Positions 37,647 to 50,904 are shown, counted from the stretch's first letter. The stretch: 64,000 bases of DNA from Mobula hypostoma (GCF_963921235.1 NC_086097.1:167774001-167838000); one strand, 5' to 3'. Notes: generated by a model not told the origin, from the sequence alone. Numbers and translations are program-made.

Positions 37647-40600
37647 ACTGCACAAGGAAGAGAAAAATACCGAGTCAAGTTGCAGCTTCAGAAAGAACAC
37701 AAATCTAACAACGATGAGAGTAACACAGACTGAGTAGCTTGAGATTTACAATGTAAAGACAAGCAATATGGCTCACATCAGAAGTGAATGGCAAATTAAT
37801 TAAAATGGAATTGGACACTGACTGGGGGTGTTCCAGTCATTACACAAATTGAGTTTAAACAGCATTTCAAAGATATTGAACTGAAGCCTGCAGATATCCA
37901 ACTTAGAACTTATACTGGAGAAAAGTAACTCCTATGGAAATGACATTCATAACAGTGAAATACAACAACCAACAAGCCACATTAGGCTTCTATGTGGTAA
38001 AAAGCAAGTGGATCAGTGTTGTGGAGCCATAATTGGAACTTAATTGAAAATCCATCCACAATTTGAATGCCACACACCCTGCAAAAGAGTGAACCAAAAG
38101 TGAATTAAGAAAGGTACTGGATAATGCCACAGCAGTGTTCAAGGATGGCATTGGAAAACTCAAACATATCTAGGGTAAAATAGTGTTAAGTAAAATGCTA
38201 CACCCAAGTTTTACAAAGTTCGTTGGGTTCCTTGTACCATCTGTGATAAAGTAACCAGTGAGGCTGAAGGAATTCTTCCCAAGGTTGAGTGGTACCCTTC
38301 GGCAATGCCAGTGGTCCCAGTAGCCAAGAAGGATGGATCTGTCAGGATCTGTGCTGATTTCAAGGTCACCATCAACCCAGTACTGAAAGTAGGTCAATGT
38401 CCAGGATAGAGTATCTATTTTCAAATCTTTCTGAAAGGAAACACTTCAGCAAAGTGGACTTTGCTGGGGCCTGCCTGCAGATGGAGATGGAAGAAGAGTC
38501 CAAAGTGTTTCTCACCATAAACACTCCAAGGACTCTGTCACTAAAATAGGCTTATTTTTGGAGTAGCATCTGTACCTGCAGTCTGTCAGAAAGCTATGGA
38601 CCGGGTTCTGCAAGGCTGTCCAGGAATTCTGTTACCTGGATGACATCACTGTTACCAATGAGGATGACAAGGAACATCTCTAAAATCTCAAGATAACATT
38701 AAAAAAAATTAGAAGATTATGGGCTTAGAGCACAATGCAATAAGTGTGAATTCTTTAAACCGAGCATCACTACTGTATTCATACCATTGATGCACAAGGA
38801 TTAACAAGTTTGCTGAGAAAATTCAAGCAGTGGTGGAAGCCCCAAGGCCAGAGAACGTGCCACAGCTGCGGTTCTTTTTAGGATTTGTCAATGACCGTAA
38901 CAGGTTCCATTCAGCCAAACCTGGTTACAGTGATCCACACCTTGACTGATGCAAGGTATCAACCCAAAATGCTGCCTGACCTGCTAAGTTCCTCCAACAG
39001 TTTGTTTTATTTTGCTCCAGATTTCACCATCTGCAGTCTCTTAAGCCCCTGTATTGTATTCCTCAGTTCATCGCTTGTCTGACTGTCACTGAATATTACT
39101 GGAAAAAAGAGGAGTCCTTTGTAGTTTTTTTTTAAAAACACTGTAGGTTCTTTCTCTTATTCAAAGCTTGTCGCTATCACTTACCCATCCTTGCTCTTGG
39201 TGGGCCTGTCAAAGGGCCAACTACATTGGAGGGTCTAACAGCACTTAATGGCCATACCAGGTATGGCCATTAATAGATTTCCTTCCTATTAAAACAGATG
39301 AATTATCACGATAGTCCAGTAATTTAATGCTCACAGGTTCTATTCATATGAAAATCTCTGGCCTATTTGAGCTCCTCAGCTGCTGTAGTGGGATTGATGC
39401 TGGGAAAGCTCCCTTTGGAATTAGTATGGGATAAGAGCTGAGATTGTAGTGTGAGCATTGACCTTTCAGTGACTCACTGCTTCCTGGACTGGAATCTGTT
39501 GTTGACTAAATCTGGTTCATATATGAGGGCCTGGGAGATCATTGCTGTTGGTTGAAGACCAGCAATTCCCATAATTCCTCTATCGGGAACTAAATTTATC
39601 TTGGGGCTTAAATTCCTTTCTTTTAATTTGTGGTTTAGCTTGGGGGATTGTTTGTCATATTTTATTAATCATTGTTTGACAGAAATCGGGTCATTTCATT
39701 GAATTATAGAGAACCAAAACAGGCCCTTTGGACCACCTTATGCCTGCTTACACTGACCTTGCTCCATCCCATTGCATCCCTCTCAATTCCCACCAATTCT
39801 GCCGAGATTCCAGCACACCCTTACACACTATGGGCAAGTTGCAACAGCCAATTCATCTACTGACCAGCACACCTTTCAGATTCAGAAAATGTGCCAAATA
39901 TACAAAGCAAATTCACAATCAATCCTCACTCACCTTAACAGGATTCCTCTAGTATTAGCCATTGCTGCTCTGGGAAAGCTGGCTGTCCACTCTATATATG
40001 CCTCTTATAATCATATTCACCTTTCTTCCCCCTTCACTCCAAAGAGAAAAGTCCTCGCTCGCCCAACCCCAAAGAAAATAACTCACTCAAGAAGAGAAAG
40101 AGAAAGTTCACAGTCATCTTGTACTGAAATCACTGTGTGAAGCCAAGATTCAATGCAAATGAAAGGCCAGGACGAGAGTCCCTCCCTGCTGCTCAGTACT
40201 GTCTGGAGCTCAGTCATTGATACAGATTTACCACCCATCCTGTCTGCCCCAGAGCTTCATGAAATGAAGTTCCCGGAATAGATCTAGAGTTGGCAAGTAA
40301 CCAAAACATCGCACAAATAGAGGTCAGAAGTCCATGTGAATATCTGAAACTCATGCAAGACATTCTTAAATCAAAATGAATGAAAATTTTTTTGCCTGGG
40401 ATTCTAGCATCTGCAGTCTTGTATCTCCAAAATCTAAATCCTGTATGTTTTGCGTTTATTACTGATGCAGAGAGAAAGTGGTGGTGAAACAAAAATACTT
40501 CAGATAGACCTGGAGCCCAGATGGCCTGTAACAGGCCTTTGTGTTCACTGTGCCCTGGGAAGAACATGGAGAGGGTGCAGAGGACTGTTCGCTGAAATAT

Positions 40601-40867
40601 GGCCTGTAACCTTTCGGAGTGTCTTGCAGTTGGTATTGTTGCTGAGACAGAAGATCTTGTTGAATGGTGGAGAAAGTACTAAGTAACACTACAGCACAGA
40701 AATATGCCCTTCAGCCCATCGAAACTGGTCTTCTGCCTAATCCCATGTGCCTGCACCCAGCCCACGACCCTGCATACCCTCCTGATATAGGCACTATTTT
40801 GAAATATTACAATTGAACCCGCATCTATCACTTCACCACCTTCTGCTCCTTTTTCCTGTGTCTATGT

Positions 40868-40960
40868 CAGACATCCCACCCTGCAAAAACTCATTTCAGG
40901 GAGGTGGCACCATCAATTTGTGGGAGACTCCCGGAACTTCCGGGAAAGGTGGGATGTCTG
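40868..40960. mobile_element. 93-bp hAT-type MITE
   Basis: 13-bp TIR cagacatcccacc / ggtgggatgtctg; perfect 8-bp TSD gtctatgt at 40860-40867 and 40961-40968. Confidence 0.9.
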
Positions 40961-41173
40961 GTCTATGTTCTTGACTCTCATCCTACACATCCTGGAAGGC
41001 GAAGGAAATTCAAAATGTTCCCAGTGACCTTCACCAATTTTAGCACCACAAATAGCAACCTGTCCAGACGCATCACAACTTGTCACAGCAATTGCTCTGC
41101 CCAAGACCACAATCAGTCAGAGGTAGTTGTAGACACAGCCCAGTTAATCACACAAATCAGCCTCCCCTCCATG

Positions 41174-41278
41174 CATTGTTCCCTCTAATTTGTAATGACT
41201 AGAGTTCACAAAAATTTTGTGCTGTGCAACTTTTTTCCCCTAGTGACAACAACATGTGCACACTGAAAGGGAACATTG
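41174..41278. mobile_element. 105-bp hAT-type MITE (second family)
   Basis: Imperfect TIR cattgttccct / agggaacattg; 8-bp TSD cctccatg / cgtccatg; interrupts a Rex1 fragment. Confidence 0.85.
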
Positions 41279-41416
41279 CGTCCATGGATTCCATCTACAT
41301 TTCTGAATGCCTCACTTAGTAGTAGAAAGTCAAGTTATATCAGAACAGGCTGCTGTTGTTTTAATTAAATGCACAGATTCAAACTGCTTTTCCCAGTCAT
41401 GTTCGCACTGTAACAG

Positions 41417-41780
41417 TATGAAAGGCCTGAACAGATTAGATATGGCAAAGTTATTTCCCATGGTAGGGGAGTCTAGGACAAAAGGGCATGACTTCAGGAT
41501 TGAAGGATGTCCTTTTAGAACAGAGATGCGGAGAAATTACTTTAGTCAGAGGGTGGTAAATTTGTGGAATTTGTTGCCACAAGCAGCTGTGGAGACCAAG
41601 TCATTGTGTGTATTTAAGGCAGAGATAGATAGGTTTTTGATTAGCCAGGACATCAAAGGGTATGGGGAGAAGGCAGGGGAGTGGGAATGACTGAAAGAAT
41701 TGGATCAGTCCATGATTAAATGGCGGAGAAGACTTGATGGGCCAAATAGCCAACTTCTCCAATATCTTAGGTTTTATGGA
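41417..41780 (+). mobile_element. CR1 3' end (same family as 23177)
   Basis: MKGLNRLDMAKLFPMVGESRTKGHDFRIEGCPFRTEMRRNYFSQRVVNLWN. Confidence 0.9.
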
Positions 41781-42129
41781 AAGATCTCGATGTGAATCAT
41801 CATCTGCCCATTCTCTTCATGGATGCTGCCTGACTGACTGAGTTCCTCTATCATTTTGTGTGTTGCCCCAGATTCCAACACATACAGCTTCTTCTGTCTC
41901 TGTAGTGCAAATAATGATCCTAATCCTAATCGATTGTGCTGTCATAACCAGTTTGCATTTTGGAAACATGCATTAGAGTAAATTTCTCTTTTTTAAAGAA
42001 GAGCTAAAACTTTTGAAAGATTGTGGAAATGAGGGCTATGTGAACTGATGGATGTGTTGAAGCCTGGGACAGATCAGCCATGATGGTATTGAAAGGTGGG
42101 ACATTCTAGAGGGTCTTGCTCCTCATTTG

Positions 42130-42860
42130 ATACCAGAATGAAAGGGTTAACAATGAAGGGTGCTGATGGCTCTGGGCCTGTACTCACTGGAGTCTAAAAG
42201 AATAATGTGTGGGGTGGGGGAGGGTGCAATCTCATTGAAACCTGCTGAATATTGAAAGACCCAGATATTGTGGACATGGAAAGGATGTTTCCAATAGTGG
42301 GAGCCTCTAGAACCAGAGGGTACAACCAGAATAGAAAAACGTCACTTTAGAACAGAGATGAAAGGAAACTGTAGCCAGAGGGTGGTGGATTTATGGAATT
42401 CCTTGCCACATAAGGCCATGGAGAGTAGGTCATTGGGGATATTTAAAGTGGAGGTTGATAGGTTCTTAATTAGGAAGGGCATTAAAGGTTACACGATGAA
42501 GGCAGGAGAATGGGGTTGAAAGGGAAAATAAGTAATGATTGAATGGCGAAGCAAATGAATGATTTAATACTGTGCCTATGTTTCATGGTCTTTTAACCCC
42601 TAACCTCCTTAACAATCAAGAAACTATTGACTGCCACTATAATTACACCTACTAACGGCCTCAGGTTCACAGATTTACCATCTTCTGAGATGAAATACTT
42701 CATCTCAGTTTTAAAGGAGCATTTTTTTTATTCCAAAGCTGTGCCCTCTGATCCTAGGCTCTCCTGTGAATGGACGCGTTCTCTCAACATCCACTCTATC
42801 CCGCTATTTCAGTACTTGGTAAGTTTTATTGAGACTCTTTCCTCCTCCTGCTGAACCCCA
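42130..42860. mobile_element. Adjacent decayed CR1 3' fragments (plus 42130-42595, minus 42595-42860)
   Basis: ctgggcctgtactcactggag...cagagggtggtggatttatggaattcc, then reverse-strand ttcacagatttaccatc...ctgtgccctctgatcc. Confidence 0.7.
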
Positions 42861-43519
42861 TGAAGAATAGGCCCAGAGTCATCAAATGATCTCTACCCAT
42901 CATGCCCTCCCCTTCTGACTCCACCTATCACTTTCAGCCCCTACTTCACGCCATGACCTCTGACCTCTAATACTTTTATCTACTGGCTGTCTTATTTTAA
43001 ATCACTGTACCCAGTGTGCAATTCAATCTTTTAATACTGAGGCAAGCCTGCTCGTTCAGGGGTGGCTGATGCTCTTGGAAGTTCCACAGAAGTGAATGGG
43101 CCGCTATACCTCATCTACCACATCACCAGCAAGCAGGTGATTTGAGAAAGCACTACAGTCCAATGCTAGTGACCTTGACTCAGCAAACAATGAACAGTTG
43201 TGGTGGTAGACCACTTGATTTGTTTATGATGTAATTTTGCTTTACATGACGAATAACACTTCTGCACCATGTGATGTGAACAGGTGAGCTAAAAACAAAA
43301 CTTGGGAGCATCAGCAAAATTAGCTTTAAACACTTCAGCTACATAAAATCAAGAGATAAAGAACTTTTTTTACATTTTCAAGACAGGAAGTTTTAAAGCT
43401 TAAGTTTTAAGACAGGAAGTGACAGGTTTAAGATCTGATGCGAGAGATTTAAGAGAGCTCGGGCAGCTTCTGCAGTCACAGGGGTGGAGCTGCCATAAAG
43501 ACAGGTTAAGGTGAAGATA

Positions 43520-44520
43520 TTGAAGCCCATTGGAGAGATGACCTTATACAGATGTTTAAGTCATGAGGAGGCATAGTCTTTTCCCCAACATCGGGAATCA
43601 AGTTCTAAAGGGCATAGGTTTAAGACGAGACGAGATTTAATACGAACTTGAGGGGAACTTTTTTTTAACAGAAGTTAAGTTATCGCTATGGAATGAGCTG
43701 CCAGAAGAAGTAGTTGAGGTAGGTGTATAATAACAAATTTTAAAAGATAGTTGGACAAGTACTTTGATTGGAAAGTTTTAGGTTTTGCGCCAGATGCTGG
43801 AAAATGGGACTAGTTTGGAGAAACACTCAGTCCCCATGGACAGCTTGTCCTAAGGGCCTGTTTCCATATTGTACAACTCTACCACTCTACCACTCTCTAG
43901 TGGTATTTAAGAACTATCCAGATAAGTGCATGGATAGGAGAGCTTTAGAAAGCCATGGGCCAAATGCAGGCAGATGGAACTGAGCAACACAGTTGGCTTA
44001 GACAAGTTGGACTGAAGGGTCTGTTTTCAAGCTGTGTGAGTCTATGACTAAGTTCACAGGATTTCACAGAAGTTGATATGGACCACTAGTCCATGCTGAC
44101 GGTTAGTCATGGAGTAGTACGTAGTACAGCATGGAGTGTTGAGACTGAGGGGAGACCTGATTGAAGTTTATAAGATTGAGAGGCATGGATATTCTGAACA
44201 ATTGGTATCTTTTTACCCCCAGGTTTAATTTTCTAATACTGGGTGGCATGCATTAAAGGTGAGAAGGGATAAGCTCAAAGGAGTGGGCAAGTTTTTTTAC
44301 ACAGAATGGTGAGTGCCTGGAATGAACTGCCAGGGGTGGTGGTGGAAGCAGATATGATAGAGGCATTTAAGAACCTCTTAGATAGGCACATGAATATGCA
44401 GGGAATGGAGGGATACGGATCCTGTGTTGGCTGAAGGAATTACATCATTAGGTTAATTAGTTTGACACAGTATTATGGGCCGAAGTACCTATTCCTGTGA
44501 TGTACTCTTCTACGTTCTGT
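43520..44520 (+). mobile_element. Several CR1 3' fragments in tandem
   Basis: Repeated ggcataggtttaag, tggaatgagctgccag and gaagggtctgttt...ctatgact tails. Confidence 0.75.
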
Positions 44521-45034
44521 GAAACAGGCCCTTCAGGCCCATTTCATCTATGTCAAACAGGTCCATGTTTGGCCCAAATCCTTCTAATTCCCTCCTATGC
44601 TTGCTTATCCAAATGTCTTTCTGTTTTTGTTCTACTCAAGCCTTCTCCTAACTCTATCAGATTAACTACATTCCCCCAGCGACCCCCCCCCCCCATCCCC
44701 ATGTTTTTACAGCCTCCTTGTAACTATATCCATACTGTTTCTGGTTTTGTATAGTTCTATATGCTCTGCACCCTTTAGGTTAAAAAAAAAAATCTGAATT
44801 CTTTATTGGGTTTTTTGATGGTTAAGTTGTTCTGATTGCTTTTAAAAGCAAAAAATGGAAAGTGCTGGAAATGTAAAATGAATATTGAGCTGGTACAAGC
44901 TGGAAAGAGACAGTGGTGATGTTGCCAGGATTTGAGGGACTGAGGTACAGAAAGATGCTGAACAGGTTCTAACATTTTTCATTGGAGCATAGAGGAATTG
45001 AGGAGGGGCAGTGTTTATTTAGAGGTATAAAATT

Positions 45035-45478
45035 ATAGATAGATATACTTTATTGATCCAGAAGGAAATTGGGTTTCATTACAGCCACACCAACCAAGAA
45101 TAGAGCATAAATATAGCAATACAAAAACCACAATCAAACAACAAAATGTAAACAATGCCAGATGGAAATAAGTCCAGGACCAGCCTGTTGGCTCAGGGTG
45201 TCTGACCCTCCACGGGAGGAGCTGCACGTTCGATGGCCACGGGCAGGAACGACCTCCCGTGCCGCCCAGTGTTGTATCTCGGTGGAATATGGCCGAAGTC
45301 CAACAGTAAAAAGTTCAATATCCGGTCTACAAACACGTTCCTCGATCGTAATATGACCCGGATTGCACCATCTGTTATTAACCAGAACAGTAAGCACCCA
45401 ACTCCTTTGCGCTTACCGCTCTCAGTGCACTTCCGGTCAACCCGAACGGTCTGGAAGCCATCCATGGAAAAGTTTTGA
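45035..45478 (-). mobile_element. Rex1/Babar derivative: endonuclease fragment fused to the 3' end, nested in a CR1 (about 44890-45815)
   Basis: QNFSMDGFQTVRVDR...VLVNNRWC...DIELFTVGLRPY joined at about 45287 to IPPRYNTGRHGRSFLPVAI; AATAAA and (CTAT)n tail. Confidence 0.85.
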
Positions 45479-47014
45479 TGAAGGTTTTGAGGAGTGTAGA
45501 TAGGGTGAATGCACAAGGTCTTTTTCACCAGAACTGGTGAATCAAGAAATAGAGAGCAGAGGTTTAAGGTGAGATGGGTGAGATTTAATAGGAACTTGAG
45601 GGGCAACTTTTTACACAGAATGTGGTCAGTATATGGAATGAGCTGCAAGATGAACTGGATGAGTCAGGTACATTAACAATGATTAAATGACACTTGGACA
45701 TGTACTCGGATAGGAAACGTTTAGAGGGATATAGGTCAAACGCTGACAAATAGAGCTAGCATAGATGGGGCTTTTGGTCAGCATAGGCCAATTGGCTGAA
45801 GGGCCTATTTGTGTTCTCTGAACAGATCAGGCAGTATATAGAAAAAGAAAAATAGAATTCCTGCTTCAGGTCAAAATCACTTCATCATTAGACATCAGAT
45901 ATAGGAGCAGAATTGAACCATTCAGCCTATTGGTTCTGCTCTTCAGTTCTGCAACAGACTTCCACATTCCCACTGCTCTTTGGTGTATTGGTTGTAAAGA
46001 ACTATGAACTTCCTGATAGATAACCCTCCAATCCTTGTTCACCGGTCTCTTCTCCTCATCTCCTTGTTTGCATGTCATCACATTTCTTTGGTGTCAGGCA
46101 CAACTTGTGATCAGTTAGCAGTAGGGTGTAGCTAAACATCGTTACACCCATCGTATAATTTTACAAAGATTTATCTCTAGGTGAGAGTTGGGTTGACTAT
46201 TTGTTTTTGGTTAGAAAGCAGCAGTTTGTTCCTCAGTGTGTTTGAACACTGGTGCCACAACTGGAACTGTGACTGTGGCCTGGGTTTCAGGTTTCAGTTT
46301 TGAATAGAGAACAACTTTGGCACCACTCTATTGTGCAGATCAGTTTTTTTCCAAGCTATAGTCTTCTGTGGGGATTGCAACAATTCAAGATCCATCAACA
46401 TGGAAGATAGAAGCAGGAGTAGGCCATTTTGTCCTTCAAGTCTGTTGCACCATTCAACACCATCTTGGGAGATCCTCTATTTTAATATCCCGTTCCTGTT
46501 TCTTCCCCATGTCTCTTGATCACTTTGGCATTAAGAAAAAAATCTACCTCCTTCATAAATATATTTAATGTTTTGCCCTCTAGTGCTGTTTGCGGTAAGG
46601 AACTGCACGGGTCTAGATTAAGAATTTATTGTATGATCTCAGTTGTAAGTGTAACTATAGTCCCAATGCTGGACTCTTCAAGAACATCCTCTCAGTATCT
46701 AGTATATCGATCTTGTCAGAATCTTACACGTTTCTGTGAGTCCACCACCCACTCTTCTAAACTCTTAAACACAACCCAGTCCAATATGAATTCCATCCTC
46801 CCTTCCTTCTCTTCCTCGCACCTGAGGAAAGCAGGCAACATACTCAAGGACCCTTCCCAGCCTGATCAATCTCTTTTCTCCCCCCGCCATGGGGCAGAAG
46901 ATACTAAAGCTTGACTGCACATAGCACCAGACTCAAGGTCAGATTCTGTCCCCCTATTATAAGACTATTGAATGGACCTCTTATCCAATAAAGATGAACT
47001 CTTCATATCTCAAT

Positions 47015-47710
47015 GGTGTTACCATTTCAGAGGACTTGTCCTGGGCCCATAAGTACAATTATTCATAAGTACAATTATGAATAAAGCCATCAGCACTTCC
47101 ACTTCCTTCAGAGTTTGCAAAGATTCAGCGTGGCATCTAAAGCTTTGACAAACTTCTTGAGGTGTGTGGTGGAGAGTATATGGACTGGCTGCAACGCAGC
47201 CTGGTACGGAAACACCAATCCCCTTGAATGAAAATCCTACAAAAAGTAGTCCATCACGGGTAAAGCCTCCCCCATCATTGAGCAATCTACATGGAGCATT
47301 TTCACAGGAAAGCAGCATCCGTCATTGGGTAATCCCACCACCCAGGTCATGCTCCTTTCTCAGTGCTGCCATCAGGAAGAAGGTACAAGCTCTTGAGCTA
47401 AAAGGGATAGCTTCACTCAATTTAAGTCGCCCCATCACTGAAATGTACCCATAACCTATGGACTCACTTTCAAGGACTTTTCATCTCATTTCTCAATATT
47501 TATTGTTTGTTTGTTTATTTATTATTATTTATTTATTTTTGCATTTGCATAGTTTGTTGTCTTTTGCACACTAGTTGTAAACCCAGTTAGTGTAGTCTTT
47601 CATTGATTTTATAATGGTGTTTGTATCTATTGAGTATGCCAGCAAGAAAATAAATCTTGGGGTGTGTGTATTGAGATGTATGTACTTTGATAATAAATTT
47701 ACTTTGAACC
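47015..47710 (+). mobile_element. Decayed Rex1-type 3' fragment
   Basis: tttcagaggacttgtcctgggccca...tgtggtggagagtat...gataataaatttactttgaac. Confidence 0.8.
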
Positions 47711-47919
47711 TTGTACCTTTATCGTGGCCTTTGCACCTTGTTTGTCTCTGTAACTGCAACACTATATTCTTCATTCTGGTTTTTATTAACTTTTTTTTTA
47801 CCTCGGTGTACTTCTGTAAAGAATAATCGGTTTGGGTGACCTGTAAACAAGCTTTTCACTGTATCTCAGTACGGTGACCATCATAAACCAACTACAGGTA
47901 GACGTGGGTGGTGAGGATG

Positions 47920-48660
47920 ATGCTTGGCCTTCATTCATCAGGGCATTGAGTATAGGAGTTGTAATCGTTTCAGTTAGAAGAGATGTTGCTGAATCCGCAC
48001 CTGGAGTTTTGTGCATAGTTTTCATTACCCTTTTCTAGGAAAGACGTTATTAAGTTGGAAAGGCTGCAAAGAGGACCAGAGTTATAGACATAAAAGTTGC
48101 TGGTGAACGCAGCAGGCCAGGCGGCATCTCTAGGAAGAGGTGCAGTCAATGTTTCAGGCCAAGACCCTTCGGACATCTCTTCCTAGACATGCTGCCTGGC
48201 CTGCTACGTTCACCAGCAACTTTTATGTGTGTTGCTTGAATTTCCAGCATCTGCAGAATTCCTGTTGTTTCCAGAGTTATAGAGATGGGTTGGATAACCT
48301 AAGACAATATTCATTGGATCTTATAGAGGTGTATAAAATTATGAGGAGCATGAATAGGGCGCATAGTCTTTTTCCCAGGGAAGGGGAAACAAAAAAAACT
48401 GGAGGGCACAGGTTTAGGGTCAGGGGGGAAAAATTTTAAAGTGACCTGAGGGGCAATTTCTTCACACAGAATGCGGTGTATATATGGACCGAGCTACCTG
48501 GTACGGTAACATTTAGGACAGGTATGTGCATAGGAAAGATTTAAAGGGCACCGGCCAAACGTGAGCAAATGGACTAACTTATATGGGCAACTTGATCGGC
48601 ATGGATGAGTTGGGCTGAAGGGTCTGTTTCCATGATCTATTGCAACATGACTGACTCTAG
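47920..48660 (+). mobile_element. Decayed CR1 3' fragment hosting the 48089 insert
   Basis: ccgcacctggagttttgtgcatagtttt (PHLE.CV.F) through gggctgaagggtctgtttcc. Confidence 0.75.
48089..48270. mobile_element. Penelope-derived fold-back insert with 13-bp TSD
   Basis: TSD ccagagttataga at 48076-48088 and 48271-48283; 54-bp inverted arms at 48089-48142 and 48174-48227 with 4 mismatches. Confidence 0.88.
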
Positions 48661-49869
48661 CTGGCTGTAGTTTTTCAAACCCTTATTAAGTAGAGTATGA
48701 GAAAAAATAATCAGCCTGGGTAAAGGCAGCAGAAAGTTCCATCCCAAATGCATTGCTTGACTTCAGTATTTGAAATTATAGTGGTTGCTTTACAGAGACC
48801 CATACATAAGAAAAGATATATTTTTGTTCTATTAATAAGTCATGAAGATGAAGGCAAATCAATCCTTTCTTGTTGAATTGGATTTGATTGGAAATAATCC
48901 AGCTTGATCTTGCTCTCGAGGGAACTGGAAGTAATATAGAGGTGATAATAAATCCTCTGTAGCTCTACTTAGACCATATTTAGAAAACTTTGCTCTGGGT
49001 AGCACAACTCGGGAAGGAAATTTTGGCTTTGGAGATGCTCCAGAAGGACTTAAGCTATGACCTAATATGCCAGTAAACTGGCCTCTGATATATAGATTAA
49101 GGCACAGTGTAATTGAGAAGTTTAAGATAATTGCAGGAATTCATGTGGTGCATGGAAAGCTTTTTATTTGAGAGTGAAATCATGTGGACCTTGCTGGCAA
49201 TCCTGGTATTAAATGTTCATTTCCAATTACCCCCTAACCAAAGAGACATTTAACATAGCTATGTGTGGAGTAATATTATAGTCTAGAACAGATAAAGGAA
49301 AAATATACACCTCCCCAAGGGCCACTGGCAGACCACATATGTTTTCAGAAAGGTTTTATAGATATCATTATAATAACTGGCAGTTTAATTCCAGGTTTAT
49401 TGAATTTCTTGAACTTAAGTTCTGTTGGCAGTTATGCTCAGGTTTGATCTCATGTTTCCAGATCAGTTGTCCAGGCTTTGAGTCAGTAATTGAATGCCTT
49501 CAGCCATCATACCTCTAAATGTAGTTGGTAGAGTTATAAACTAAACCTTCTCACAGCAGATCTTCAGCAGTAGCTCCAATGGTCAGGGGACATGTTCTAC
49601 CCTACATCTATAATGTCATCAGGCATCCCTGCTTTGGAAAATGCTTATAACTTTTTGGAAAATCTTTTCATCCTAGTTCAAACTTAGTGTCTTGTAATCT
49701 TCAGCTGCGGCTATACAAAATTCAGTTTTGGACACATCATTAGAAAGGATCTGTTTACCTTGGAGAGAGTGCAGCTTGGAATCAAATAAAATACAGAATA
49801 AAACCTGGGATCTAAAGAGTAATTTAAGAGAGTTAACAGAAATTCGGATTATATTTCCTGGATTTCAGA

Positions 49870-50670
49870 AGGTCAGAATCAGAATTACGTTTATTATCTC
49901 TGACATACAGTATGTTGTGAAATTTGTGGTTGTATAACGGTGCAGTGCAAGACAGAAAAATTACTATAAGTTGCCAAAAAAAGTGCAAAGGCAGGGAATA
50001 AGGAGGTAGTGTTTATGGATTCAAGGACTTTTCAGAAACCTGATGGCAGCGGAGATGAAACCGTTCCTGAATTGCTTAGTCGTACTCTTCAGGCACCTGT
50101 ACCTCCTCCCTGATGGCAATAGTGAGAAAAGGGCATGTCTCATATGGTGAGGGTCCTTAATATTGGATACCTCCTCCTTGAGGCACACCTAGAAACATAG
50201 AAAACCTACAGCACAATACAGGCCCTTCGGCCCTCAAAGTTGTGCCGAACATGTCCCTACCTTAGAAATTACTAGGATTACCCATAGCCCTCTATTTTTC
50301 TAAGCTTTATGTACCTATCCAAAAGTCTCTTAAAAGACGCTATCGTATCTGCCTCTACCACCGTCACCGGCACTCCCCACTCTCTGCATAAAATAACTTA
50401 CCCCTGACACCTCTTAAAGATGTCCTCAACGGTGGGGCAGCTTGTGTCCGTGATGGAACTGGCGGAGTTGACTACCCTTCACAGCCTCTTTTGATTCTGG
50501 GAATTGGAGCCGTAACTGGTGAGAATGCAACCGGTCAGAATGTACTCTAGAGTATATATGTAGACATTTGTAAGAGTCTTTGGTGACATACCAAATCTCC
50601 TCAAACTCCTAACAAAATAGAACCACTGGTGTGTCTTTGTGATTGCATCAAGGTACTGGGCCCAGGACAA
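49870..50670 (-). mobile_element. Rex1-type 3' fragment with a nested CR1 tail at about 50191-50407
   Basis: ORF 50479-50670 (YFVRSLRRFGMSPKTLTNVY); CR1 tail agaaacatagaaa... flanked by acacct repeats. Confidence 0.8.
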
Positions 50671-50904
50671 ATCAAGCTAGATAGGTCTGGGAAGGAATGC
50701 ACCCTCTCTACTTTCAGGAGGTTGCAGAGTGAGTAATGACCAATCACTGTCTTTGGCCACAGTACTGCCTCCTGCTCCTGTTGGCACTCCGATTATACAA
50801 GGAAGTTTCCAAACGAGAGCCAGTTCCAAGCTCACAGGCAAGAAGAATTCTCGCCTGGCCTGGTGAAGCTCCCAGGATTGTTCAGTGTTTGAAAGACAAC
50901 GAGA

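Larger units (their letters stand above)
33599..38945 (+). mobile_element. Gypsy (Mag-like) LTR retrotransposon, decayed and 3'-truncated, with four nested insertions
   Basis: Putative 5' LTR (tgttgtg...) at about 33599-33825; gag from about 35122 (MAGYI..., HLEPKLLLIAERF|RFHKWNQKEGESIS, CCHC-like CNKVGH); protease (KMELDT) about 37800; RT (VAKKDGSVRICADFKVTINP, YLDD near 38634, LRFFLGFVN). Confidence 0.92.

Noticed and set aside
50707..50736. Splice-like ctttcAG-11 nt-GTGAGT (also a 25-nt case near 28261-28285)
   Set aside because: Not frame-preserving and unsupported; such pairs arise by chance in 64 kb.
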